Shown one piece after another: positions 41,401 through 54,500 of a stretch of DNA of 64,000 bases. The stretch is taken from positions 1 through 64,000 of the forward strand of contig NMRA01000698.1 of the NCBI GenBank assembly GCA_002633005.1, read 5' to 3'. The notes beneath the pieces are model-generated. The model searched no databases and was not told the DNA's origin. It saw only the letters and a list, made by a program, of their open reading frames with translations. The DNA is from Phoronis australis (taxonomy: Eukaryota > Animalia > Phoronida). The first letter of the stretch is position 1. Each line of letters opens with the position of its first letter. Position numbers and translations under genes: made by a program.

Positions 41401-44400
41401 GAGACCTAAAGTCTGGAGCAGTCAGCTGAACTCACTCAGGCATGAAATTGCCAAGTCCACCCAACTTAAACATGATTGATAGCATGGTTGTCATGGCAAA
41501 TGGCCTATGAGGATTTTTTCAAATGCATATTTGCTTTAACACAATCATTTTTAAAGTGAGATTTTTTGACGGAAGAATTTGTGACAACATTGAATACCAA
41601 GTTTCCCTCATTCTTGGTTACTTCAAATAAATTATCATTGCCTTTGTTACAGGCATTCATATATCCATTTGATACTCCCCTCCTCAAATGTTTACCTAAA
41701 ACAATAAAAAAGTCAAGTTTGTTCAAGTGTCTGGGTCCGTAGATACTCTCAGTACTAGAAGGGTGATCGATCCATAATTTAATGGACTAGCATTGTATTA
41801 CGATGTCTTGGTACTAAAATCCACTTTAACCACCAGTTTTGTCTTTCAGAACTTGCCGATGTTGGTTTGCCCAAAGGTGGCAGTAGATGTAGCCTTCTCC
41901 CTGCCTCCTGAGAGTTTCCAAGTCTCCAGAAATGACAAATCAGGAAAGATCACTATCCTGCCGCCTAGTGCCGGCGGTAAAACTTCACCCATTAATGTCC
42001 GTCTGATATCACATGAGTACAGGAAAGGACAGGTACTAAAGTCTTTTTGGCAGAGGGACATTTTGTCTCATAAAGTTGATTATGCGTTTTCAGTCTGCAT
42101 CATTACATTGATGTCACACCTTTGCTGTAAGCTACAACTTTGTAGACCCCAGGGGGACCGTTTCGAGAAAACTGACTTAGCTAAGACATATCTTAAATTT
42201 CAGTCAATTTTAAGATAAAACTTAAAAAAATGTCTCAAATCCGTTTCTAGAAAGAGATCTTATTGAGTTTGACTTAAGTTTTTGACTTAATTTTTTATCT
42301 TAAAATTGGCTGTCCTACTAGACGTGGAAGTTTCAAAGTTTGGTAGTTGAGACAAATATTAGACTTAGATAAAAATGAACTTGAGTCGGTTTCTAGGATC
42401 AGGCCTTAGATTTAAATCCTTGAAGAAATTCAACATATTTTTATTGACAAATTTCTGGGCGCAACATACATGGTTGGAGAGGCATTATATATTAGCACTC
42501 TAAATGTAAATGAGCGCTTTGTTTTATCTAAATTAGGTGTCCACGAATGGACGAATGCCGAGGTATTGTAGACATTGGCTTATTTGTTTGTAGGAATCTT
42601 TGGTAGCTCAAGGCAAGGATGGTGGCGTGCCACAGTCGGCGCGATCCCCATACTTACTGATCCAGTGCCACGGAGGCGGATGGGTAGCACAGTCATCAAA
42701 GACACATGAGGTAACTTGTTTTGAATCGCATATTTCTTGCTCATGAGTCTCAGGATTGAAACCAAGAGGCGTATTTGTTACTTCGTAATGGTATAACTTG
42801 TGGTTCAGTCATCGCGCATGCTTAGCACCTTCTAGACTTGGACTGCATTTGTTTTTCAATGTCATCCCTTGGATCGGTTTGACTGTTGTGTGATGTGATA
42901 AAGCATTGATCAACCGTAGGAGAATAATGTGTTTGTATACTTGTGTGATCGCTTGGTGGTGTTGGGGCTAAGTAAATGTGCATTTTTAATGAAATGAATT
43001 CAGTCAGATTCAAATCGGCTAGATATCTGTTTTGGTATGCTGTCTTGTGGGTGGTTCCACAAAGTCAGAAAAAAATGCAGTGAGCTACCAGACATTTTGA
43101 TTTGTAATTTCTGAATCAATTATGTACTTTTTGTGTATTATATAGCAATACATACGCATATTTCGCAACTTTGCACCAGCTTGGCTACTGATGTTTCGAT
43201 TCACTAGCTGACCAAAGCGCCACCTATTGTTTACACCAGTAACCAGGATGTAGCCGGATGTATTAAAATTTCCATGCTCATGATTCAGGTGTACCTTCGC
43301 CACTGGGCTAAAGAGTTGAACGCTCCTATCTTCTGCATTGATTACTCACTGGCTCCCGAACACGCCTACCCCAGGGCTTTCGAGGAATGCTACTACTTTT
43401 ATGCATGGGCTGTGAAGAACTGCAAAGCACTGGGTAGGCAAGCTTGTAAAGTCAATGATAATTGTAGGATTCAACCTTTCATATGATTGGTTTTTAACGT
43501 TCTTGTTGACTTATGCGTTTGTATTGCAACTATATTTAGTGGCCTTGAAATTTGTTAAACATGGTGGCCTTTCAAGTGATTTCCTCTTGCCAAACAATTT
43601 TGCTCTTAGATGGGTAGGTTGGTTGACAAAATATTAATATACTTTCCCACTCGTTATTGCAACAAATACCTCATGTCTAATTCTCAACTGAAAAATATTC
43701 TAATATGAAATAGGCATTTTGTGTCATGCCAGAGGGATCAATCTTAGTATACCGTTGTACCAAACCTATTGAATTTTGGTTACCATTTTCATCAATCCAA
43801 ATATGTAGCTATGCTGTGAATTTCCGAATTTTTTCTTGCTTCACTATTTATGCAAGCTTAGTGCCTGAATCCAATGAAAATTAAAGCATCAGACATCTTT
43901 TGTCTTTAAATACATAAAGTCTTCAAACAACTAAGTGCAGTGCTGTTATCCCTACTCATTTTTAAAATAATTTTGCAAGAGTTTAATTGTGAATAAATTT
44001 AAAAGTGAGAATTTTTTTATAAATTTATGGCATGGAGTAGTTTTGTTAAATTCTAAATGTGAGAAATTTTGCTTTTTACCCAGGTTCAACGGGTGAGGTG
44101 ATCTGTCTTCTTGGAGATAGTGCTGGCGCCAACCTGATGATGGTCACAGCACTCAAGATTGCACAGGAGGGGATACGGCAACCTGATGGCATCGTGTCTG
44201 CCTATGGTGTGATGGTCACAGGGTTCAATCCATCTGCGTCACGTTTAATGACAGCCATGGATCCCCTAATGCCTATTGGAATCCTTGCAAGATGTGTTGC
44301 CGGTAAGTATCCCTGAGTTGAGAAAGCCATTAAAAATTGCTTTTCGTTTTCTATGCATTTCAATGTGCCATTAATGTTTAAGTTAACAATAGGGATCCAC

Positions 44401-46859
44401 CCTCTTTTCACCCCAACGTTTGCTAAGTTATGAAAAAAGCATTCAGTTGTCGCTGTTTTAAGTGGGCTAAAGGCTGATTACATATTACATTAGTTGTTAT
44501 ATTTTCAGGTTACACCGGCATTAGCATTGAAAATGCCAAAATGCCATCAGTTGCTGAGAATCCGTTGAGTCCACTCACAAACCCTGGAAATGTTTTCTTC
44601 CCGGCCAAACCCAGCCCGTTGATCAATTCAGCTGTAACTGCAGTAAAACCGGGACTAAGCAAAGAATCTGTGAATGGCTGTTGTTGTACGTTGAATCAGA
44701 CTCCTCCGGCTCCTCACTCCGATTCAGAGGATGAAGAGGGTGAAAAGAAAACCGTGTTCTTTATCAATGGAGGGAGCAGCAGGTCGAGTAGTGAGCGAGA
44801 GGATGGGAAAGATTCCGGCCCACCAGACAACGATGCTAATAATAAACTGGCCGTCAGGCTAACGCAACCACGTAAATCGGATCCGGCTCTCAAGAAGGAG
44901 ATGATTGAAAAGTTAAAAAAGCTCGAGATTGACAAGGCGCAGATGGCGAATGACGCGCCCTGTGTTCCCTCGACCATGACAGCTACGCTGGACTATGCGA
45001 GTGAATCTAAAGAGTTTAAAGACATTCAGCAGAAGGTCTCGAGGCAGCGCTTTATGTCGTTAGGAAACAGTGGAAAGGAGGCGAAGAAGTCGGCTGTGAA
45101 CTCGTTCAGGAGTCAACATACACATCATCTGTTGAATCACCACCGCAGCCCATCAGTGCCCTCTATCTCATCCAGTATCTATTTCACTGCCCAGGTTAGT
45201 AGTTTGGTTTAGTTTGGTTGTGTGCAGATTGCTCTGTGAAGGTGTGTGTTTATATATGCATTGTCATGCAGTGTAATGCCTTCTCGTTATGGACAGCTTG
45301 CATTGTCATGCAGTGTAATGCCTTCTCGTTATGGACAGCTTGCATTGTCATGCAATGCAAACTTCAGCGGTTTCAGTCCAAACTTTATATAACTTCAGTA
45401 CACTCACTTCAAAAGCATTCACATAAAATCACCCATAATTCCTTACCACGATAGTAGGGCAGAAGGCAAATTCATTGTCAGAGTAGCCGTGTTTGTCAGA
45501 CCAGTCTTATTGTCTTATTGTCTTATTTCATTAGTGACTGAGAGAATGAAGGGGGAACTAATGAGGACGGTGGTTTGCTAAACCGTTATGTGCTTAGAAT
45601 TTTGCCACCATTTTTTTTATTTTTTTTGCTTTCATAATTTTATTCTTCAATAATATACATTGATAATTTTTAAAGGGTGAAAGGGTGAACAAGGAAAAGG
45701 GGCAAGAACTTTCACTCACACACTCGCACACTCATTCACACACTTCATCATTTAATGATAATACTACTAAACAATGTACGAGTTAAGTGTATTACAGATA
45801 TTACAGATTTTGCCACCATGATAATCACTGCCAATCACCTTTACTCTTAAAATGCTCAGCCATCATTACGGGAAGACGATATTTTGCCAGATTGTTCTTA
45901 TGAGTGTATAGTAGTTGGCTATTGATTGGTTCTAACAATTACAGCCGTTGAAAAGAGCAAAGGCTGTTTTGTCCGATATTTGGGGCCCAGTCACAGCTTT
46001 GGCTTTTGTGTTTTGATTACGTTTTGCTTTTATGAATATTTAGCATCGTGTTTTCATTTATGTACTGGCCCCCATCTGAGGTACTATAGTTGATGTAGTG
46101 GGCCTCAAAATGTCACCACAAAACTAGACACACTCTAGAAGACGTTACAGTTTTCTTTGACCTCTTTCAGGCATCAGTTACTAATCTATCCTCGTCGTCA
46201 TCCTTTGATGATCCCGACGCTGCACCTCAGAACCCACTGTATGCCTTGCGCCACGTGGACATTCCCAAAGATCCGTACTTATCTCCCTTGTTCGCTCCTG
46301 ATGACATGATCTCTAAACTGCCCGCTGTCTACCTGGTGGTAAGTTGGTGCATTGTTGTTTGTATCATTCCATCTTGTCTAGTTCCGATTGTTGAACTAAA
46401 TTTGCCTGATCCCTTGACTCAACCAAGCACGCCAAAATTGTTAAATTAATCATACTAATAATGGTAGTTATTCTGGCAATTAATTGCTTATTTTTAAAGT
46501 GCTTATTTCATCATTATCCGTCATAGTGATGCTACAGTTTGATAAATTATCTAGTCACAGTTAAATTTCATCTGGCTTCGGTTTAAGGTTTACTACACAG
46601 ACGTTTTCTCATGGACGTCATATTTTTACAGACAGGTCACTTTGATCCTCTACTTGACGACTCTCTTACGCTCGCTAAACGCATCAGGAAGCTGGGGGGC
46701 AAAGTTCACGTGGATGTCTTGGACAGTCTGCCCCATGGTTTCCTAAACTTTTCATTGGTCAGCCCAGAGGCGCAGAAAGGTTCAGAGTTGTGCATGTCAC
46801 TTGTGAAAGAGGTGTTCAACTCCAAAGTTTTGATAAGGGCACGAAGTGAAGCCAGTTAA
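35497..46859 (+). CDS. LIPE: Hormone-sensitive lipase, about 857 aa. 10 exons: 35497-36090, 37570-37725, 38865-38942, 41850-42032, 42594-42710, 43289-43433, 44084-44302, 44509-45194, 46171-46338, 46632-46859
   Basis: GT-AG junctions with compatible phases (2574 nt including the stop). HSL N-terminal domain: [45 protein letters not shown]. Oxyanion motif HGGGW, then [14 protein letters not shown]. Nucleophile motif GDSAG. Regulatory insert, then DPYLSPL. Catalytic Asp in FDPLLDDS and catalytic His in LPHGFLN. Confidence 0.95.
39024..41194 (+). repeat. Tandem direct duplication of about 1.09 kb (39024-40109 and 40111-41194) separated by a single N; probable uncollapsed haplotypes in LIPE intron 3
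   Basis: Both copies start ggtcccgcctggaacaatg and end ggtctggtaaaata. They differ by scattered SNPs and a net 2-bp indel. The junction is exactly the n at 40110. Confidence 0.9.
42152..42406. mobile_element. Palindromic AT-rich MITE in a LIPE intron
   Basis: Left end ggggaccgtttcgagaaaactgactta; reverse complement of the right end aggcctgatcctagaaaccgactcaa. Internal inverted pair caattttaagataaaa / ttttatcttaaaattg. Confidence 0.55.
45257..45354. repeat. 42-bp VNTR, 2 full units plus a partial unit (copy 1)
   Basis: Unit tgcattgtcatgcagtgtaatgccttctcgttatggacagct. Confidence 0.92.
45612..45806 (-). mobile_element. 5'-truncated retroposed insertion (non-LTR 3' end or processed fragment) with a poly(A) tail and a 13-bp TSD
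   Basis: Flanked by the direct repeat attttgccaccat (45599-45611 and 45807-45819). The T-tract at 45611-45627 is a minus-strand poly(A), with a minus-strand AATAAA at 45644-45639. The insertion is absent from the duplicate copy, which has a single attttgccaccat near 48097. Confidence 0.85.
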
Positions 46860-46891
46860 CCATGTACTTACTGGGAGGTGGCATGAGATTC

Positions 46892-47030
46892 NNNNNNNNN
46901 NNNNNNNNNNNNNNNNNNNNNNNNNNNNNNNNNNNNNNNNNNNNNNNNNNNNNNNNNNNNNNNNNNNNNNNNNNNNNNNNNNNNNNNNNNNNNNNNNNNN
47001 NNNNNNNNNNNNNNNNNNNNNNNNNNNNNN
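46892..47030. other. Assembly gap (run of N)
   Basis: Read directly from the sequence. Confidence 0.99.
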
Positions 47031-49149
47031 GAGGATGAAGAGGGTGAAAAGAAAACCGTGTTCTTTATCAATGGAGGGAGCAGCAGGTCGAGTAGTGAGC
47101 GAGAGGATGGGAAAGATTCAGGCCCACCAGACAACGATGCTAATAATAAACTGGCTGTCAGGCTAACGCAACCGCGTAAATCGGATCCGGCTCTCAAGAA
47201 GGAGATGATTGAAAAGTTAAAAAAGCTCGAGATTGACAAGGCGCAGATGGCAAATGACGCGCCCTGTGTTCCCTCGACCATGACGGCTACGCTGGACTAT
47301 GCGAGTGAATCTAAAGAGTTTAAAGACATTCAGCAGAAGGTCTCGAGGCAGCGCTTTATGTCGTTGGGAAACGGTAGAAAGGATGCGAAGAAGTCGGCTG
47401 TGAACTCGTTCAGGAGTCAACATACACATCATCTGTTGAATCACCACCGCAGCCCATCGGTGCCCTCTATCTCATCCAGTATCTATTTCACTGCCCAGGT
47501 TAGTAGTTTGGTTTAGTTTGGTTGTGTGCAGATTGCTCTTTGAAGGTGTGTGTTTATGAATGCATTTTCATGCAGTGTAATGCCTTCTCGTTATGGACGG
47601 CTTGCATTGTCATGCAGTGTAATGCCATCTCATTATGGACAGCTTGCATTGTCATGCAGTGTAATGCCTTCTCATTATGGACAGCTTGCATCGTCATGCA
47701 GTGTAATGCCTTCTTGTTATGGACGGCTTGCATTGTCATGCAGTGTAATGCCTTCTCATTATGGACAGCTTGCATTGTCATGCAGTGTAATGCCTTCTTG
47801 TTATGGACGGCTTGCATTGTCATGCAGTGTAATGCCTTCTCATTATGGACAGCTTGCATTGTCATGCAATGCAAACTTCAGCGGTTTCAGTCCAAACTTT
47901 ATGTAGCTTCAGTACACTCACTTCAAAACCATTCACATAAAATCACCCATAATTCCTTACCATGATGGTAGGGCAGAATGCAAATTCATTTTCAGAGTAG
48001 TCTTGTTTGTCAGACCAGTCTTATTTCATAAGTGTCTGAGAGAACGAAGGGGGAACTAATGAGGATGGTGGTTTGCTAAACCGTTCTGTGGCTAGAATTT
48101 TGCCACCATGATAATCACTGCCAGTCACTTTTACCCTTAAAATGCTCAGCCATCATGACGGGAAGACGATATTTTGCCAGATTCTTCTGATGAGTGTATA
48201 GTAGTTGACTGTTGATTGGTTCTAACAATTATAGCCGTTGAAAAGTGCAAAGGCTGTTTTATCCAATATTTGGGGCCCAGTGACAGCTGAGGCTTTTGTG
48301 TTTTGATTACGTTTTGCTTTTATGAATATTTATCATCATGTTTTCGCTTATGTACTGGCCCCCATCTGAGGTACTATAGTTGATATAGTGGGCCTCAAAA
48401 TGTCACCACAAAACTAGACACACTGTAGAAGACGTTACAGTTTTCTTTGACCTCTTTCAGGCATCAGTTACTAATCAATCCTCATCGTCATCCTTTGATG
48501 ATCCCGACGCTGCACCTCAGAACCCACTGTATGCCTTGCGCCACGTGGACATTCCCAAAGATCCGTACTTATCTCCCTTGTTCGCTCCTGATGACATGAT
48601 CTCTAAACTGCCCGCTGTCTACCTGGTGGTAAGTTGGTGCATTGTTGTTTGTATCATTCCATCTTGTCTAGTTCCGATTGTTGAACTAAATTTGCCAGAT
48701 CCCTTGACTCATCCAAGCACGCCAAAATTGTTAAATTAATCATACTAATAATGGTAGTTATTCTGGCAATTAATTGCTTATTTTTAAAGTGCTTATTTCA
48801 TCATTATCCGTCATAGTGATGCTACAGTTTGATAAATTATCTAGTCACAGTTAAATTTCATCTGGCTTCGGTTTAAGGTTTACTACACAGACGTTTTCTC
48901 ATGGACGTCATATTTTTACAGACAGGTCACTTTGATCCTCTACTTGACGACTCTCTTACGCTCGCTAAACGCATCAGGAAGCTGGGGGGCAAAGTTCACG
49001 TGGATGTCTTGGACAGTCTGCCCCATGGTTTCCTAAACTTTTCATTGGTCAGCCCAGAGGCGCAGAAAGGTTCAGAGTTGTGCATGTCACTTGTGAAAGA
49101 GGTGTTCAACTCCAAAGTTTTGATAAGGGCACGAAGTGAAGCCAGTTAA
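47031..49149 (+). CDS. LIPE: Second copy of the LIPE 3' end (partial exon 8 at 47031-47498, exon 9 at 48461-48628, exon 10 at 48922-49149); probable alternative haplotype
   Basis: 47031-49181 repeats 44727-46891 with few substitutions (NSGKEAKKS vs NGRKDAKKS; TNLSSS vs TNQSSS). It begins immediately after the N-gap and lacks the HGGG and GDSAG exons. Only this copy continues into the long 3' UTR. Confidence 0.85.
47561..47868. repeat. 42-bp VNTR, 7 full units plus a partial unit (copy 2)
   Basis: Same unit as 45257-45354. It generates the repetitive spurious ORFs at 47522-47965. Confidence 0.95.
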
Positions 49150-49551
49150 CCATGTACTTACTGGGAGGTGGCATGAGATTCCTAATGGTACTATTGTATT
49201 TTTATTTCAATACGAAAATCCATGTTTACTGATTTTGTATTGTCACCAGTTTATATTACTTTGTTTTAGCTATTATGCTAGTTTGACTCGCATTCCCGGG
49301 TTCCAAAGAATTCGCAGTTTTTACTAGTTACTCAATATCCCATTTAGGGATGCTTTCTTTGACCCCGGGGATCCAAAAGCCAGAAATGTCTCATTTTTAT
49401 TTTCTGGTTTACTTTATGTTAACATGCTGAGGTGCTGTTGGGAGATTTCCTAATTTGTGGTATTTATGCTAGACTCAAATGACTTGCATATTTCACTACT
49501 TTACTGCAGTGGCGCTATGTGTGTTCCAGTCATTGAGAAATCATTTTTCAT

Positions 49552-49632
49552 TTGGTTGTTACCAATTTAGCTGGCCATTGGTTGTTACCAATTTAGCTTG
49601 CCATTGGCTGTTATCAATATAGCTGACCATTG
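49552..49632. repeat. 26-bp tandem repeat, 3 copies, in the presumed LIPE 3' UTR
   Basis: Unit ttggttgttaccaatttagctggcca. Confidence 0.85.
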
Positions 49633-51560
49633 AGTCGACTGTTGCTGTAAAGTGTCACCAATTTCCGCCAAAGATTTTCACCAACATTACCTTTCTTTCA
49701 TTTTTCGAGACCTAATGTTTTGAGTGCCAATTCTTTTTCAAAAAGTGTGCGATTTTCTTTGTATGGTGCAGAATTTGGAAGTGGTTAAGCCTTAATTCAG
49801 TGCTATTTATCTTATATGAAAATTGAGAAAAATTTTTGATTGTCTTATTAATTTTTTTTGAAATAAGTAAAATTTTTGTCCTAAATTGGTGACTTTTACA
49901 ATTGATCGATTGCAATTTATAGGTTTAAATTTTTTGTACATTTCTCAAAGTTTATAATGGTATTTATTCTCTCATTCTTTGGAGTCTGTATGTTAACTTT
50001 CAAAATTCTGATTTCTTGAGCACAAAGTTTATGTAGTTGATAGTACAGCCTTGAGATTATGGTCTCGCAATATTATGAGAAATATAAGACAGCCCAGTAA
50101 ATGGGCAGAAAGCCAGTAGAAATAATTCATGTTATTTCTGATTTTTGTTATATGTCTGTATTTTAAACTCTTAGTTTTTTACTACTGAAATTAGTTTTAA
50201 TCGATGCGTTGACTTATTCTGTTATGGTAGTGCGTGCGGTATATTTGATTCACTAGAAAATCTCTAATATTGAATGAAATAGGTCTTAAACAAAATTTAC
50301 GAACATTGAGTGGCCTTTTATTGTAACATTGAATTGTTGTAGAACATTCAGATCACTATTCAGCACGAGGATTACACAACTTGGCTTCAGACAGGAACAA
50401 CTGGTTAACGATGTGAAATGCCATCGTAGGAGTAGGATTTAACCCGACATTACCCTGTCACCCTGTCCCTACCCACCCCTCTCGATATTTGAAACTAAGG
50501 GACTTGCAGACTTTTTTATTCGTAAGTATGGTTTATTGTTGCGGCGACAAATCAGTTGGGACTTCTGAGATTTTAAACATGTTTAGTGAGAATTCAAGTT
50601 AAGAAAATCCAAGCATTTATTTCTATTGAAACAGTTACTAAATTCTAAGTTTAAGCCCCTGGGAGGCACTTATGAACATTCCCACACCAGACTAATGCAA
50701 TAACTCGAAGACCAGGGAAATGGCCACCCAAGGCAGCTCCAAATGACAACCTCCCCCATACCAGACGACACCAGAGAGGGTGAAATACCCACCCTAGTTG
50801 GCGGCATGTCCCTACCAAATCCTCTTATGGGAGAGCCCTTGGGGTTATGTGGTCAGTGTGGAGCATTGTATATGTTGTTGCTATGGAATCAGTCTCTATG
50901 TGTTAAGTTGGTCTATTATTTATGAAGGCAATGATCAATGCAAAGAATGACATTTCTCTTTAATTGTGTATTAATTTTGAAGAAAGCTCGCATTTCGGTT
51001 ATAGCATTATTTTGTTTGATAATCCTTATATGTAACTGTATTTCAGCACTCCTTTCAATATCATTAAAACATGAAAATGTGATTTCTGCAAAGCCAGTGG
51101 TTGTCAAAATATAACAGTAGTTACTACTGAGAATAGCTTGTAGTCATAACAGAATCATGACCCTAATGCTTACTATTGGACCAAAATGATGTAACTGGCC
51201 ATTAGAAATATTTGATCATTGTACATTGTAATTACATATTACTTCCATTTATTAATTTTCAGACACATTCTTGGCTAGTTAACATTCCACTAAATTTCGT
51301 GGCTTTGGTCGCAGATAAGCATTTTTCTGACATCCCTGTCATTTTTACAAATGGAAAGTGTATAAATACAAATATTTCGAAAGAACTAGTATTTTAATGT
51401 CATATTTTAGTTGACAGTCTGCGTACACATTTCAGTACCCAGTTGTATCAAGGACTTATATCCAAGATCAGCTCGAAACTTATGGAGAACATCCAGTATT
51501 GTGTTCGAGTATCCTTGAAACCAAAGGGTGGCAACATGTCGATGTCAAGTCTAAGATTGC

Positions 51561-54500
51561 CTAAAGCGAAGCGTCTTTCTCAATTGCTTCCAGCATACTG
51601 CGAGTGACGGGGGCGATGGAACTTGCGGACAGGATTTTGTTGTTTTGTTGGCGATTTGTTGCGTTTCTGATACGATCTTTCACATTGGGATACTCACTGA
51701 TAATCTGCAAGGTCAAATAATTCCCTGAAAACTCCTGGAAGGCTCAGCCACACAAGTGGCACCTTCTAAAGCTGCTATGAGCCTGCGCGTTCCGGAAAAA
51801 CGTACACGATTTACACCCCTTGCTGCAAGAAAACTAAGTTACTTGGTTAGACGAGTAGGAGTTTTGGGCGTGGAAAGTTAAGAAGGACTTTGCGTTGGTG
51901 CCTGAAACCATGTTCGGACGCCATCAGCCAACTTATTGAACCTGGTCGCTAAACTTTAAATTAGAACGCTTAAAACGTCATTGCTAATGCATCCTCAAAA
52001 GACAGAAGGCGTGGTAGTAGCCGATATTTTTGTCTGGAACGCACAGATCATGCCATAATATCGATGAAGACGAACGTTTATAACAGTGGATCTTTACTTT
52101 GAAATAGCATTAACACGTGGCATTGTTTAAAAAGCTAGTACATTTCGCCGTGTTTTGCTGGCTGAAAACGATAATAGAATTGGGCCTTTTACTCTTATCA
52201 GATTGTTTTCATAACAAGGCTTACAATAAAAGGATTCTATTTCCTTTACCAACATTAACGTGCAGTGCTGTAGTGGTAAAATTAGAGGTAAGTAGGCGCT
52301 TAACGCCCACTGTATCACTTTGAACACTGAACGTAACTTACGGAGGCGCAACCTTCAAAAACCAAAAGGTGGTTGGCTGCGCCTACCTACTCCTACGCCC
52401 CACTACAGCAATGTTAACGTGGAAACCATCACCGGCTCTGGAACGTTTATTGGAGTTGGCCAACCATAACATTTCTACATCGAAAAATGGCACCATTTAC
52501 ACGTTGCCGGACTTGAGTTTGCAACGGAAATAACAAAAGCTATAACAACAGACTGATAGAATAAGGGAAAGCAACTTCTTGAGTCATGCATGCAACAAAA
52601 GCCAGAATTTGATTATTGTTTTGAACCAGCTAAACACAAATGCAGCTTTCACTCCAAGTATGGGATCTAAAATTGGTCGAAACTGACTGTGTATTATAAG
52701 GCCTCTTAAGTAAGGCGAAATTCTAAAAGAGCCAATGCGGAAATAAAACACCTTCAGTAGTGTTTCTAAAATACGCAAAAGGCAGTCGCCTAGTTCCTGT
52801 TTCAAAGCTGGCAAAGCTTGTCACAATCTCATTCTAGATGAATGCTTTTCAGTGTCATTGTGAATGGTGAACGGTGCTCAGGCTAGTGATGACCACCGAA
52901 TGTCGTCATTTCCGGTTTATAGGAGTTGCATTCAGTTTATTCAGAGTGACGATATACTTTTAAAACCTGCATTTTGACCCAGTTTACTAGATGCCATTTG
53001 GGGTTTCAACACAAAAACACGCTCATCAGATCTTGGATTGTAACAATGCCATTTTTCAATTCCGCAAAGTTAGGATTTGCCACTGAACTTTGAAGCGTAA
53101 TAACTCGAGTCGCTGATGATTTCGATGTTCTTGTTCGTAACGAAAATAGAATCTGTAAAAATATTTTATGACCATGAGAGTAAAAGGTAAAATTTGCTTT
53201 TTGATTTTGGCCAGCTAAACAGGATGAAATGCAGCTTTAACTATCTAAAGAAATATTTTGAAACATTAACTTACAAATGAAGTAGCGTCAAGTTTGTGAT
53301 TTCTGTCAGAAAATCAAGTTTTAATGATTTAGGCAACTTATCGTCAACTAAAAGTGGCGTTCCACAATTTTTGTCGGGGATGTAATGCGTTGTCATACTT
53401 TAGAGTGTTTGAAACATCCATCAATTCATATCGATTCACCTCTACATTATCCCGCGGTATAATTTTGCTCACGGAATTCGGAGATAACCTACCAAGACCA
53501 CCAACTTACTACCTGCGGCAGTAGGGTACTGAGAAGATTGGTGTACCGACTGTCAACATGAGCTTACCTGCTTGAAGGCCTTGCAAGATAAGTAGTATAT
53601 ATAGGTGTACCCCATGGATACTACGTTGCAGGTGCATGCCGTTTGTTCCAGTACGGAGATTTCTGAAACAATTATTTGATATTATCCTTGTCTGGAATTT
53701 GGTAGGGGTGCGTAATGTGGGATTGCAGCTAGTCATTTGTTTGAAAACAGTAAACGGAAGCCAACTCGAAAAGGGGTGTGAGATAGCAGATTTTTCACAC
53801 TTAATGCTTCATTTCAGTAAAAAAAATTAAAGCAGCCTGACTGAGTGAAAGCGTATCCCAAATTGATACTCTCCTGACATAACATCAGTTTTCCAAATAA
53901 ATACAATGGAATTTATCGATTTGATTTTAAAACATAATCGTGCCATCAAAGTTGAATGACAGGGAACTCACTTACGAATGCATAAAATTTGACTGAAAAA
54001 ATAAACACAAATGCAGTAGTAGTAAGTTGCAAGGTATTGAACTGACGGGCGGAAACTGGTAGCTTGGTTTTCACCTATCGTACGTATTGATTGTTTTCCT
54101 TTGTTATGTCTTTGTTGGATATAACAATACTGGTCGCATGGATATCGTTCCTTGGGAGTACATCACACGGTTAACGAAAAAATGCTGGTTAGTAACAACG
54201 GGAACAATGGAGACGCTAATCCACCGATCTTTATTCGATCAGCTTGCGACCTGGCTTCGCGACGCCGCCGCAAAATGTTCGAATTTATATTTCTAAGGAT
54301 GGCATTTATTCAGAGTTCTTAGCTAGTGGAAGCAATGCAACAACAAATTTTAAAACATTCGCTTCTGTCTAGCGAACATATCTCTTTGTCATAGTCTTTT
54401 TTCTTTGTCCATAAACCGTGTAGCCTATTACGCATACTATCCCCAAGTTATACCGCAATCGTTTTTCAAACCAGCAGCAGCAAGTATAATCGAAAACTGT

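Noticed and set aside
47561-47868. CRISPR-like appearance of the 42-bp, 24-bp and 26-bp repeats
   Set aside because: The units are contiguous with no unique spacers, there are no cas genes, and the context is eukaryotic.
47522-47965. Cys-rich repeat ORFs ([14 protein letters not shown])n on both strands
   Set aside because: They are translations of an intronic 42-bp VNTR whose copy number differs between the two LIPE copies.
53000-53153. Alternative last exon of the HCN-like gene after TTTTACAG at about 53152
   Set aside because: It shows no similarity to the CNBD B/C helices, whereas 51704-51561 (IISEYP...) matches.
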